From positions 186,001 to 250,000 of the forward strand of contig LSRY02000058.1 in assembly GCA_001643675.2 (NCBI GenBank): a stretch of DNA of 64,000 bases. Reading direction: 5' to 3'. This DNA is from Monocercomonoides exilis PA203 (taxonomy: Eukaryota > Protista > Preaxostyla). Position 1 is the stretch's first letter, and each line of letters begins with the position of its first letter. Positions 11,544 to 25,091 of the stretch are shown here, piece after piece. The position numbers were made by a program, and so were the translations under genes. The notes below the pieces were generated by a model, which saw only the letters and a program-made list of their open reading frames with translations, was not told the DNA's origin and ran no database searches.

Positions 11544-13102
11544 TCATTCATATTTAAACTCCAAAAATGTGAGCATTTCATAAAAGCTTGTGATGCAATC
11601 TTCACATCCTTCTTCTTCCATCTTTTCAAACACCTTTCTGTTCATCTCTTTTCTTTTCGCTTCTTCCATTTCATCAACCGTCTTTCCTTCCAATCTTCTG
11701 GAAATTGCTAAAACAGTATCCAAGCATTCACACGCATTTCCATCTTCTAATGTTGGCTGATGAAGTTCTTCAAAAACAGCATCAATTGCTCCACCTTTCA
11801 ACAAATCATCAACTTTCGCAGGCTCACTTCTTGCTGCAATTGTCAGGGTATAAATGCATCTTCTGCGAATTCCTCTATGGCCATCCTTTGCTGCTCGATA
11901 TAATTCTACAATGCTGCCTATGAGTCCAACAAATTCTTCATTCCACAATTTGCATTGGGATATTATTTTCCTAATTATATCGAGCCATCTCCAGATTATA
12001 AACACTTCTTTCACTTCTTTTTTCCTTTTTTCCTCTTCTTTCTCTTTCTTCCAATCCACACATTTTTTCAGCTCTTCCAGTTCATTTATTGCCTCTTTCA
12101 CGAAATCCAGCTTATTAACAACTTTTTCCAAATTTCTTTCTTCGTAAAATAGTTTTATCATACAATTCCAAGCAGATTGATAGGCAAGTCGTGTCAGATT
12201 GTGATGTTCTTGGTGATATTCGATGGTTTCTTTGATCTCGTTTAAATACAATTCATTTTCAATGTACTACGAAAAATCATATTCATATGAATAAATGGAA
12301 TTAAAATGAAAAAGAAGTGCTCATACAGAAACATTAACACTTCTCAATGCAAGCAAGGCTATTTCCACTTCTTCCTTTGCTTCTTCTTTTTCTTCCTTGT
12401 TTGATGATGCTTTTAGAAGATAGGGTATGCAAATTGGATGCAATTTCCATGATGTGGAAAAGCTGATTAATAGATAGCATTCACAAACATCAGTAAGAAG
12501 CTTTTCATTTTTTTCTTCTTTTTTCTGATCTTCTTCAACAATCATCTTCCCAAGTCTTTTGTTCAACAAAGAATTTCTAAAACGATAACGCAATAAGCCT
12601 TTCAATTCTATCCAATATCCGATGTGCCTCAACAGCAAAATTGCAATTTCCAATCGCATTTTCTTTTCTTTGATCATTTTATTGATTTTCTTAAACAATG
12701 TTGCTTTGACAACGGATTTCAACTCTTTTTTATTCATTTCATTAATCATTTCATTCATTTCTTCGATTTTCTGTTTTTGCTCATCTTCGTTGCAATCTTC
12801 CAATTCGTTTAATAATTCTTGAAAATCATAAAAATATTCAATGCATTGAAAATTTAATCGGGAAAAAAATACAACGAACTTGTGAACTTTTCTGTCAGCT
12901 CTGTCTTGAATTCTTTCCCTTCTTCTTTTTCTTCTTCTTCTTCCTCTTCTTCTTCTTCTTCAACAAAAATATCAATGCAAATATTGAAATCTTCTTCTTC
13001 TTCTTCTTCAACATTTCCAACTGCACTTATTTTGTTCATTAAATATTCTGGATTTATGAAAGGAAGCCATTTTAAAACGAGATAATCGACAAATTCAAAC
13101 AT
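11544..13102 (-). CDS. Hypothetical helical Glu/Lys-rich protein, probably a lineage-expanded family; 3 exons (introns 12818-12879 and 12267-12326)
   Basis: Two GT-AG introns of 62 and 60 nt join three ORFs in frame (TEKFT/KLLNELEDC; RSVNVS/YIENELYLNEIK). Confidence 0.8.
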
Positions 13103-15301
13103 TTTTATTTATCAAACAAAGTACTGCGAAAATAACAATAAATCAAGCGGATTCACTTGGTAAATATTTGCTGTTGCAAGAAAATAACTTGAGCAAAATC
13201 TGTTCAATGAACTTTGCCTGGGAGATCAAGCAAATCCTTTTTTTCTTTAAAGTGATCAATCGCATAAGAAAAAATCCAAATTCGGATGTTGTTTGTGAGC
13301 AAATTCTGAGGAAACAACCCCTGATTATTTTTCTGTACTTTAGGGATGAGTCCATTGTTTCCAATGAAAATTTTTATCAAAAAATGGAAAGGGCGAAACA
13401 GACTGTTTTTTGATGAAAGGCAAAAGTCCTTTGCTGGAGATGATTCAGTCATTTCTGTGGGGGAGCAAGATATTCGGAGGTTTGCATTTAATTACAGAAT
13501 TTTTTTAATTTGAAGGTGTTTATGAATTGTTTGCGATGTTCTCTCAAGCAAAAGTGATCAAAAATGCAATTATTTGAAACAAAAAATCAAACTAATCGAA
13601 TCTGCTTCAACCGAAAAGAATACGGAATAGAAGAACTTTGATTTGCGGACAAGCTGATTTTGGCGCGTCGAATTCTTTTCGAATCAACATGTTTGAAACA
13701 AACAAATTATTTGTTAAAAATATGACAGCTCCAACAATGGAACTGAAAAATATGATCAAACTGAAAGCTCGTATGAAACGGGCATCAATGGCACGATAAA
13801 ATGGAAGATGGTGAGCAACGAAGATTGGTTTATGCAGAAAGCAAAGCTCAAAGAAAAGAGTTGTGAAAATCATTCACATTAAAATATGTCACCTCCAAAG
13901 GTTGCTGATGAAACATGAAGATAAAGTTAGCTTCTTATAGAGGGAAAAGCAGGAAGAAAGATGAAAATAGGCGGAGTCGGTGAAGAAGATCTTTCTGCCT
14001 CCGTCATTGTGGATTTGGTCATGAAGCAGAAGAAAGGCAGGAGTTGAAGTTGAGAGAAACGAATCACAGCTCATGAACTTTGTGGATTTCAGCTTCGCAA
14101 GTGTGCGATGGATCGCCAAGTTGCAGAACTGTTCGTGGAGAATACGCACGGCAGCCGAAGCTATTGAGTACGCTTCATTCGATTTGGGGAAAAGGAGAAA
14201 GAGGAAAATCCAGAAATGTTTCTGAAAAAGGCTATTATTGAGAACATCTTCGAATACGCACAATTTATTCCTGCCCTTTTTCAATCCAATCGAAACGAGG
14301 AATGGCTGGGACACGGGAAGAGGGCAGCGTTGGGAGTCTGGTTTTCATACATTGCAGTTCATTGGCATGTGAAGAGAGGCAAATAATGCAAAGATGGAGC
14401 ATCTGAAGAGACAAGAAAGACTGAAAGAAACACAAAAAGCAGCAAAAATGAAACCTCTCTGGAATGCTTCAAGGGGAATAATAGTGAATATTGCAGTATG
14501 TTTTCATCTATATCTGTGTGGAGCAATCAACTTATCATTTTCCACTGATTGTGGCTGATTCTCAAAAAATGCACTTTTTTATGTTGCATCTTCAACTTGC
14601 TCTTCTTCTTCAGTTTCTGATTCTGCTTCTAATTCTTCTTCTTATTCTCCTCATTGCGCCTTTCTTCTCCAGCAACCTCATTGAAGGCAGGCAATCCTCT
14701 GTTTGTGTGTAAAGGCAGAGCACAAAAACAGAGTTCAACTAACACAGAAAGAAATATTTTCTTCTTCTTCTTCTTGAGTGAAATCAAGCCAAATTTCATA
14801 TTCTTCATTTCAGGATGCTGTTTATTAAAAACTCACATCTTTGATTTTGTTTCTTTTTTCTTCGAGAGAAAAGTCACTCAAATAAATAAAGTATAGTTTC
14901 AAAATTCAATTTATTGAACAATTCCAACGAAATAAAAAAATATTTCTCTTCATTTTCAGCCAAATAAAGGCTGTCACCAATCACAAAAATAAAAATGTCA
15001 AAATAAAATGTGAAAAAATAAAACCTTATCTTTGAAATTCACTTTCACTTGTAACAAATAAATAAAAAGGGAGAAAAACAAATTACAATCCATCAACAAA
15101 ATGTGAAATGCAGAAGCTTCAAAATATGTTCCTTCTATTAGCAATAAAAGATTGACAAAATTCATTTTTGTATTTAAAAAAATAAAAGTATGGAAAAATA
15201 TATCCTCCATAACAGCAACACAAAACACATACAAGTCTTTTAAAAACAACAAACTTTTGAAAGATAAAAACATCCAAAAAATATGCAAAGCATAAAATCC
15301 A

Positions 15302-18300
15302 TCAAACACTTTCACAAATAAAACATTCCAGGATCAACTCACCTACTTGCCTATGAATAGGTGTTTGAAGGGCGATAATTAATGTCTCTCTTCCCCTGCT
15401 CTTGTTTAGCCTGGCATATCCTCGCCGCTTCCGGCAAACCACACACACATCAAGCACAACCACGACTGCTGCAATAAGAGCTACTCCTCCGCAACACGAG
15501 GCAACAAGTATTTTTATTATTATTATTTGTTGCTGTGGTGGCTTTTCTTTATCTGCACTGTCTTCTTTTTTTCCTTGCTTCAGAATCACACTGGCTGTGG
15601 CATACACCCCATTTTCCAATCCGTTTGGATAGCGCAAGCAAACTTCAATGGTTTCAGCATCTTTTGCATCCAAAAAAGACTTTGCAATCTTCACTTTCAA
15701 GAAAGACTCAGTCAAAAATTCTGAGATTGACACCTCAGCCCATTGCAACTGGCCTTTTCCTTCTTTTTTTCCAATTTCAAATCTCAATCCACACGGAATA
15801 AGATATTCTCCTTTCGCATTGATTGTCACTTCGCTTTCTTCATTTTTCGTATTTAGTCCATATTTATTGAGAATATCCATTTGATTGTCATTTGCTGGAT
15901 AAGCCTCCGAAGGCTTTTCAATTGCTGCTTCTTTCAGCTCAGGCGTATAAAACAGCCCTGTCATGCTTTTCACTGCTTCTCCATTCACATCGCACTTCTT
16001 GTTCCAAAAGCCAAATGGAACATCGGTTGAGCCATCGCTTGCCTCGTTCAATGACTTGATCGTGATTCGGTTAATGTCTCCCTTTTCGCAGTGGATGTTG
16101 TGCCTCAGATGAGGAAATGCTTTCCTCGACGGGTCTGGTTGGTTGTTTTCAAAAGTGTTGTTTTCCATCTCCAAAACTGACTCTGTGATTAGCAACGCTC
16201 CTTCTTTAATATTCTTGAATACGCAATTTTCAATACAAGGAACATTCACTCCACGCCAAGTTTGAATCGAGACAAGGCAGCTGCCCCATTCTCAAACAGA
16301 GGCATCGCCTTCCAGATCTTTTCTGGAATTGACTGCAATTCCATCTGTTCCGTATTCCTGTTGATGACAATTCAATGTTGGATCAATAGAAGCAATTGCA
16401 TAAGAGGCTGCTTTTTCGCTTATCGCTCCTATAACAATAACATTTGTCATGAACAATGATCCTTTCCGCGCAACAATCAGCTTAAAGTCCAGAAAAGGCA
16501 CAGAAAATTGGTTGCAATAAGCTTCTATCTCCTCTGCAGACGGCTTCAAAGTTATTGAAATGAGTCGGAAATCTCCTTCAATCAAAATAATATCAACTGG
16601 GTGATGTTCAAAATGCAGTGGATACTCTATCGACAATGAGCACAACGAAATCAACTGATCAACGCAATAAATCACAGCAACATCATCGCAATAAAGCTCA
16701 AGAGCCTGCGGAATAACAAGCGTAGCAGCATCGTTCTCTTGAGAATTGATAAAAAACGTTGTATAATCAACAGGAATGCTCGACTTCTTCAAGGTGTGCA
16801 TTCCACTGACCAAAAAGGAATTCGTCTTTCCAAAAATAACATGGTCTTCTGTGCATTCAATTGTTTGGCACGGCTTCTCTTTTCTTCCACAATCTCTTGA
16901 GTCAACGGATCCTTCTCCTCCAACATAAAGTGTTGTACTTTTGTAGATAAGTTGATGCTCTCCTGGCATCAGAAGATCAACGTGATCTGCATTGCTCGGA
17001 CTCTTTCTTCCATTTACCGTCTCCTTGTTCTGCCTCTCTTCAACAATTATTAAATTCTCTTTCCCAAACAATTTGTACAAGTTTAATCCAAAGCAATCAT
17101 CTGTTAACTGCGAAACTCCTTTTGCGCACAATATAAAAATCCATTTGCCAACATCCGAAACACATTCTGCGAAAGTTTATTGAGACAAATAAATATTTAA
17201 GCCATCAACAACCTCGTCCATTGCATCAATCAATACAGCTCCTCCAAGCGATCCACCTCCAGTTCTGTAGCCTTCGGTGCATAAGTAACAATAAAATCTT
17301 TCGTTGATGATGTGCACACGCGCATCAGCTCGAGAATACTTAATGCAGATGGCTCCTCCCTTCTTGTGATTCGGAGAAGTGCATTCTGAAAAGCTGTTTG
17401 ACTTGAGCAAAATATCTTTCCATTCTCCACAAAATGTGAAAATAGATTCATCGGCGCTTGTTGTTTTGAGATTGTTCAGTTTGTTCGCAGTAATCGTTAG
17501 CGTTTCTCCTTCTCCAAAAGCAATGCTCTGGTTGATGAGAAATCGTGCATTTCAACTTCATCCAGCGCAAACTCTCCCCTGTGGATCTCAAACAAAGCAC
17601 AATTCAACATCTCATTTCGGAAGCTCGAGCAGATAAAAGAACACTGCAATCCAAATGCCCTTGCAAAATCGCTGGAAACAACAAATGGCGAAGTCTTGCT
17701 CGTCTCAACTGTCGTATCTATCTTTATGTACCATGAATTCAGATTCACTGATAACTTATTTCTAACATTTATTGCCCCATCCCCATCCTCCGCAAGTCCC
17801 TTTTGTCAATGCAACATTCACATGCAATTTCTTCGAATTCCAGCTCACGTCTATCTTTTCATTGCCATCGAAGTTTATTGGCTCTTTGATCTGCATCATT
17901 CCCTCCCCATCTGCAATTACGCTTGTTTGCCATTTCACTTCAATTCTCTTTATCGTTGCGCTCATCGAAAAGCAAGGCGTCTCTTTTCTCAATCCGCAGT
18001 CAGGATCGTCTTTTCCTGTGTCAACGTTTAAGTAATAAATCAACGATCCTTCACGCAGCAAGTCGTCTCTTTCCTGGATATTGCCACTTGTCACATTTTG
18101 AACGCAAACTCTTTTGCTTTCCGAAGTCGAGAACGTTTTCTCGTCAATAATTGTCTTGTCAATCGATTTTGTTCCACCTTCCGAGACAAACAAATCTGCT
18201 CCACTTTCCAAGGCCCCGTTTCCTGAAAATAGGCAATTTCGAAACCAACAACACGTTTTTATTTCATCTCCGCCAACGCCAATCCACGCTCCTCCTCCAT

Positions 18301-19447
18301 TTTCGATGCTGCAGCCATCAAATAAAACTTCTATAAGAGTAAAACTTTTCATCAAATTTGCATCTTTCACGTATATCCCGCCACCTCCGACAGTCACTTC
18401 ACACGAATGAAAACTTGCTTGCGAAATTGTTGCTGTTCATTTAACAATACTCAAATAGAGCCCAGCACCACATAAACTTTTGCAGCTCTGAAAGGAGCAC
18501 CCCATCATTTCCAAAATGCTGTTTGGATATTCCATGCTAACTGAAAGGGCGCCTCAGACCATTGAATCTTCTGAAGTGCAATACCGAAAAACATTGTTTG
18601 TGAACACCAAATTGACAGCTTCTTCACCACTGCTCGAACAATCCATGCATGCGACATTTTCGTTCTTTCTTTCACAATAATTAATATGAGTGTTTTTCAG
18701 CTTAAGGCTTTTCGGATGCTCAAAAACAGAGCATTTCTCCAGAATAAAATTTTCAATCTTCACGCCATCAAATTTGCCAATCTCGACTTTTTCCGAAACA
18801 ATAATAGAAGAAACTTTTGTGGTGAACTTATATACATCGTCAATGTCCAGATCTGCAATCGACAGTTTTCCGCTTTTTGCTCTCAAAAATGAAAATTCAA
18901 AAGGCTCAAGCAAATGCTTCAAAGTGGAAATCGTGCAATGAGCAAGCTGAAGGTTGCCGTTTTCTGAATCGAGTAAAATGACTGCAGGTGCATCTTGTTG
19001 ATGAAAGGCATGCCCTTCTCGGGCGTTTTCGAAGGTGCCCCCAGATATATCTGTTGGATTCTGATTTGTTTGAGTCTAACAAAAATCCAAGCAACGCAGT
19101 TGCATCTCCATTTCACAAACAACACGTGAGATTCCCTTTTGCGCTGATGAGCTTATATCAACTTTCAGCCTTCGGCTTATGCCCTGAGAAGACGAACTTT
19201 CTATTTCAAGCAGAAACTCTTTATTCCATTTGCTCCCAGCTTGCATTCCAAGCTCATCTAGAATCTTTATCGACTTTGCATCAATGTTCTTATTCAGCAA
19301 CGTAAGTGCATGTTCAATTGTTTGGAACGGAGCGATATTTGTTCCGCAAACATTTCTCGAATCATCTCCAAAATGCGAAGCAAATATTGTTTGGACCTCA
19401 TTCAGCGCAAAGCCTTCATCTTTTTCAGCTTCTGTACCCAACATCAA
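15302..19447 (-). pseudogene. Pseudogene of a pectin-lyase-like/right-handed beta-helix type I membrane (surface) protein
   Basis: Collinear fragments with GGAI/GGGIY, FxxC and CG....PCxTI repeats and a C-terminal hydrophobic segment followed by RKRR. Broken by in-frame TGA/TAA (e.g. 18554, 17177, 16292) and frameshifts. Confidence 0.78.
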
Positions 19448-19579
19448 GCACTCAATGAATTATAGTGCAGACAGAAGTGAAACCATTTATTGATCTATCA
19501 TTTAATTCTTTCTTTAATAAGAAAAACAAAATATTTGTTGTAATAGCAAAGTGATATTGGAATTTATTGTACAATTCAC

Positions 19580-19602
19580 GGGGGGGGGGGGGGGGGGGGG
19601 GG
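19580..19602 (+). repeat. Poly-G tract (23 G)
   Basis: Seen directly, in otherwise AT-rich intergenic DNA. Confidence 0.9.
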
Positions 19603-20091
19603 AATAAATAAAATAAAAATATCTCTGTCTAATTGAATCAAATTCATTGGCATCAAGCTTTGCCGATCAAACTCAAAAACCAAACCTCTCAAATTCATCA
19701 CAAAAAATGAACGAAAAGAAAAAGGAGCAAAATACAAAGGCACAAACAACCTCTTTGCAGAGTCAAATTAGAAAGAACGAAATCTCATTTGAAAGAAGCG
19801 ATGAAACAAAAAATGATAGCCATCAACAAAATCTCTCATTTCACTCAAAAACAAAGTGAAAAGCACTCAAAGAAAAAATTACTCGTTATAAAAAGGAAGA
19901 AAGTGGTAATTGAAAGCAAAAGAAAACTCCAACAAAAAACAACAATAAGCTTCACTTCAGCATAAACATTAAAAAAAAAAATAAATAAATAAAAACACAA
20001 ATCAAGCATTCAATTAACAAAAACTTTCAAACCAATCCAATTTATAAGAATCCTGAAAAATACGAAAGGAAAGCCCCTTTTATGCTCTATC

Positions 20092-20736
20092 CTATTTCCG
20101 TTTGCGGGCAAACTCATTCGCAAGCCATTCTAATCCTTCGAGAAGCCCATCCCCCGTCAAAGCAGAGCAAGGCTGAATGTGCCAAGATCTCCCTGCACAA
20201 AGACTATCAAGTTCCAGCTTAACCTGAATATGTTCTGGACCAACCGCATCGCTCAGATCTTGCTTGTTCGCATATATCAAAAGTGGAGCATTTTCTGCTT
20301 CTTGTTGAAGGAAATTTTCAAGCTCGTCTTTCACGCAATCTCCACAACCCGTTGTTGCACAAGCAAGGCGAGAAACATCTGTACTGTCAACTACAAAAAT
20401 GATCGCATCTTTTCTTCTGCAGTAGTAATACATTAGTTGTTTCATTCTTTTTCCACCTCCTCCATAATCCCAAATATTGAAAGTAATTCTTTTGTAATGA
20501 ACTTCTTCCACATTGAATCCAATGGTTGGAATTGTGCGAATAAATTCATTTAGCTTCAGCTTGTACAAAATTGAAGTTTTTCCAGCGGCTGTCAGTGAAA
20601 TGGTAATAAAAAAAATTATCGAAACTGTTCATTTCACAAGTTAATCGATTCCATTCAAACCATCCAATCCAAACATCAAGATTCTTTTTTCTGTTTTGCC
20701 AAACTTGTTCACAATCTTTGACAAAAACGACCCCAT
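20092..20736 (-). CDS. Divergent ARF-family small GTPase; one intron (20589-20660)
   Basis: Spliced product MGSFLSK...[21 protein letters not shown]...[10 protein letters not shown]...WDYGGG...IFVVDS...ANKQDL...[17 protein letters not shown]-terminal Gly2. Confidence 0.92.
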
Positions 20737-21244
20737 TTTGTCAATGATTTTTATCAATATTTCTGTGATCAAGCCATATCAAAAATTATTTGATCAAAAA
20801 ATTATATAAATTTTGTTTTCTAATAATCTCTATTGTAAAAAAAATGGAAAAAAAAATATGAGCCCTGTTGCACAACAATCAGGACTTGAAGTTTCATAGG
20901 TTTTTGATTTTTTTCAGGTTTTTTTTATAAATTAAACTTATTTCGTCAACAAAAATGTTCCGACATCAAAATCATGTAATATAAATTTTTTGTGCGATTT
21001 GAAAAATAATAAAATAAAATCTGTTTGAAGTGGAGGAAAGTTTTGTTTCATTCATCTTTAGTCATATTTGAAAAAAAAATAAATTAATAAAGTGCAATTT
21101 AATTCTTATTTGTATTTTCAACATAATACCGCTTGTTTCGTTCTCTTTATTGATCAAAAATGCTCTCTGGATGTTTTTGAATCATGAAAAAAAAGTTCAT
21201 TTGTTGTTCCAGGTTCTGCATTTTACATTGCACTTTGCATTACA

Positions 21245-21270
21245 CGTGTGATTCTTTTCGAGAAGTCGCA
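21245..21270 (+). repeat. Candidate left TIR of the pogo-like transposon, related to the MITE TIR
   Basis: GTGATTCTTTTCGAGAAGTCGCA versus MITE GTGATTCTTTTTGAAAAGTCGCA (21/23 identical). Confidence 0.65.
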
Positions 21271-21703
21271 CCTGTTTTATTTTCTATTTCAATCAAACAC
21301 CTCATTATTTTCGATCGGTTTAAGTGACAAACGCTTCAAACTTTCCCACTTTAAAAATCAATCCATATCAATTCTGTTTCCAAATATTGACTTGCATTTC
21401 CGATTTTTTAGAAGTGTTCGTTACAAACTTTTATTTCAAAAAAGAAGTTTTCGTCAAAAACAGAATATTAAACAAAAACGTTTTTTCTTAAAGAATAACA
21501 CACACTTGACAACGAAAACGCAAGAATATGTTATTTTGTCCACCATATTCAAATAATATTGAATACAAGAATTTCTTTCAAAATTGAATAAAAATAACGA
21601 TTTAACAGTTTAAAATCACTTCAGTCACTCACAATTCATGTTAATTGTTAAATGTTGGGAACAATGATTCTTAAATTATTATGGTTGCTTCGGTTAAACA
21701 TAT

Positions 21704-23131
21704 TTGTCTATCTTTTTACTGGAAATGCCTTCAACATTATCGACTTTTTCTATATCTTCATTTGAAACAACATTAACAGGATTCATTCCAAAATTAGACC
21801 TCCACTTCATTTCATCCTTCTTGTCTCGAAAACCTTCAAAAACAAAAGTTTCATTAATTCGTTCATTCTTCGACGCATGCAAAATAAGAAAAGCAAAAAT
21901 ACCTTCAAACGTGCGAATTGCAAAGGCACTCAACTGCACACCGAGCCTTGTCTGCCAGATTCGAACTGGATATATAAGAAAAAAGGTGATTGAGAAAAAG
22001 AACATGTTGATGACTCGAAAGCAAGAAAAACGAGTCATGGAAATACTGAAAAATATGAGAGATAAAAGAAAGCAAATCACACCGAAAACGCTAAGAGCCG
22101 TTGTTGCAAAAGTTTGTCATAAAACGCCTTCTCACAATTTTCATTCTTCATTCATAAAAAGGCATAGCGAGGAATTGATGATTGTTCCATCAAGCGTGAG
22201 AGACGAAAAAAGAATGAAAATTTCGGAACAAAGTATTATAACCTGGAAAAATTACTTGACTCAATATGTGAATTGAAAATATTTTTCAATGATCTTTTGT
22301 GCTGATGAATCAGGTTATCATGCGCATGAAGATACAAGAAAGGTGAACTTAATAGTGGGAACAAATGAAAATCTTGAAATGAATCACACGCCTGTTGACA
22401 GAGGAGAAAAAAGGATTTCATTGCTCCACTGCATTTCACTTGATGGAACTTTTGTTCCTCCTTGTTTTCTTGTACAAAAACCATTCAACGTTAGATCCCT
22501 TCAATCTTTTGGCTATCAAATCGGAATTCATGGTTGCGTTGAAATTGGAAATTCGTCTTATTTTACAAAGGAGTTGTTTGAAAACTGGATTGAGAAAGTT
22601 TTCATTCCTCATGTCAACATTAAAAGAATGATTTTGCCAGATATACATGCACAAGCGGTGTTGATGCTTGATGAGTGCCGAATGCACCTGTCGGACAACG
22701 TAGTGACTCGACCTGCTAATGAAGATATATTGCTTTTGGTTTCACATCCAAATACCACACATTTGTTGCAGTCATTGGATTTGTCAATTTTCTCTCTCTG
22801 GAAGCTTCAAATTCAACAGGTTAGGTCGGGTTCAACGCACGACAGCGTGGAACAACTTTTGTGGGTTGCAGTGAATGCTATTCTGCAAGTTTCTTCGTCG
22901 ATTAGCATTTTTTCTGCTTTTAAAGAAAGTGGACTTGTGAATGATTTTCACAGAGCTCCTTCAACAGCGCGGATCCTCGAAGAAAGCTTCCAAAAAGTGA
23001 TTGAAATTGTCAAATTGGACAACAAGTCATTGCCACTGTCATGCACAAGACAAACAAGACAAACAAAAGGAGGAGAGTGGGGAATTATGAACATTGACAA
23101 GATGCCAGTTTATTTTGGACTTCCGCAATAA
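21704..23131 (+). pseudogene. pogo/Fot1-like DDE_1 transposase (DD35D) with one in-frame TGA at 22274-22276
   Basis: Basic HTH/CENP-B-like N-terminal ORF continues in frame into CADESG ... MLDECRMH ... PNTTHLLQSLDLSIF. 35 residues lie between the 2nd and 3rd Asp. Confidence 0.88.
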
Positions 23132-23760
23132 ACAACACTTGGTGAACAATTGATATGTTTGAGTGTTTTTTTCATTTAAATTTCATAAAGCATTTCAAAA
23201 AAAACATGATAAAATAAACGAAATATTCATCAAATCTTTGTTTTTCTTAATTTCAATAGTACAAAAAGAATTAACAATTAACAAGAACAGTGAATATCTG
23301 TTTGATTATTGATCAATTTTTGGTAAAAACTAATTGGATTGAGTTTATTTGTGATGTGACATTCCTCAATAAATTTCCATTCATGAAAAATATTTCTATT
23401 TTTAAGTCCTTTTTTTTATTTATTAATTTTCAATATTTTTTGATAAATGTTGAAAGAGAAAAAGTTGAAAAGAGCATGTGGGCAATTATTTATGAAAACA
23501 TTTCTTTTTTCGGATTGATTATTCATCAATGGTTTTATTTCTTTGGAGAAGATTTATTTATTCAATAGAAAAAATGTTTGATAATTGTTTCAAAAAACAA
23601 CGTTTGAAATACAACTTATGAGAAAAGAATCTTTAAATAAAATATCACTTTTTTGTAAACATTAATCACTATTCAATGAGAATTTTCAAACCGAAATATA
23701 AGACAGAGAAAATATATACAAAAAAAATGATCACTAATCTGTAATTCTTTTTTGAAAATT

Positions 23761-24343
23761 TTTATTTTGTTTCATTTTCTGGTGAACAGGATAATTAAAT
23801 ATTTTCATCAAATTACTGTTCCCACTCACGAAACTTCACTGGAATGACAACAATGATATATTCAAGTTTTCACATCCATTCTAGAGAAGTTTCGAAAATG
23901 CGTATAAATTTTTGATCAAGAAATGGATTATTTTTTTTGAATGGATGCAAATGTTTTATATCTGAGTTAAATAAAAATGAACCTTATTTGATCATATTTT
24001 TATTGCAAATCCATCAAATTTCATCACTTTGCAAATAAGAATACACAAACCAATTTGATGTGAGATTAAATGCAAAGTGATGAAATTTGATGGATTTGCA
24101 ATAAAAATATGATCAAATAAGGTTCATTTTAATTTAACTCAGATATAAAACATTTGCATCCATTCAAAAAAAATAATCCATTTCTTGATCAAAAATTTAT
24201 ACGCATTTTCGAAACTTCTCTAGAATGGATGTGAAAACTTGAATATATCATTGTTGTCATTCCAGTGAAGTTTCGTGAGTGGGAACAGTAATTTGATGAA
24301 AATATTTAATTATCCTGTTCACAAGAAAATGAAACAAAATAAA
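23761..24343. repeat. Long inverted repeat: 273-bp arms (23761-24033 / 24071-24343), 37-nt spacer, ~2 mismatches
   Basis: Arms are reverse complements on direct reading. Confidence 0.95.
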
Positions 24344-24691
24344 CTTATCAAAAAAATTTTATTCACATTTTTCACAAATGAGAAAATCTGTTATTGCATT
24401 TTCGGAATTCTTAATTTGTTAATAAAATTCATCAGAATAAATTTCAATGCAAATAACTTGACTTGATTGAAAAATCCAAAAACTCAAAACATGAGATGAA
24501 TTCATTTGAAAATTTTCCAATTTTTAGAACGATGAAATTTTTTTTAAAAATCAGATAATTTATTGTTTATTAACAAATAAAAAAATCGGGGTTCAATTTC
24601 TCATCCTTTTTTAGAATAATGAAAGAATAAAACATTTTAACCACTTTCCGATTCTCAGCCAAAAACGAATTTTTAACGAATAAAATTTAAA

Positions 24692-25091
24692 ATACAGATA
24701 TAGCATAAAATACCGGTCATCGCACAAAATACCGGACAAGATCGATATCTCAATGACCACAAGAAGAAAAATTCTGTTAATTTTCCTCAAAATACATCTC
24801 ATTAATGCAAACTCATTTGATAAGTGAGTCTTTCAAAACAAACTTATTAGTGTCAGAAAAAATTAAAAAAGAAAACTCGGAGAAATAGGATTTTGAATTT
24901 CTCCGAGTTTTCTTTTTTAATTTTTTCTGACACTAATAAGTTTGTTTTGAAAGACTCACTTATCAAATGAGTTTGCATTAATGAGATGTATTTTGAGGAA
25001 AATTAACAGAATTTTTCTTCTTGTGGTCATTGAGATATCGATCTTGTCCGGTATTTTGTGCGATGTCCGGTATTTTATGCTATATCTGTAT
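24692..25091. repeat. Long inverted repeat: 195-bp arms (24692-24886 / 24897-25091), 10-nt spacer, ~1 mismatch
   Basis: Arms are reverse complements on direct reading. Confidence 0.95.

Noticed and set aside
13140-14900. Short ORFs and coding-like patches between the helical protein gene and the beta-helix pseudogene
   Set aside because: No recognisable motif or consistent frame; at most unassignable decayed fragments.
15302-23131. In-frame TGA/TAA in the transposase and beta-helix gene as stop-codon recoding or selenocysteine
   Set aside because: Frameshifts accompany the stops in the beta-helix gene, and TAA, TAG and TGA all terminate apparently intact genes in the window. Ordinary decay is simpler.
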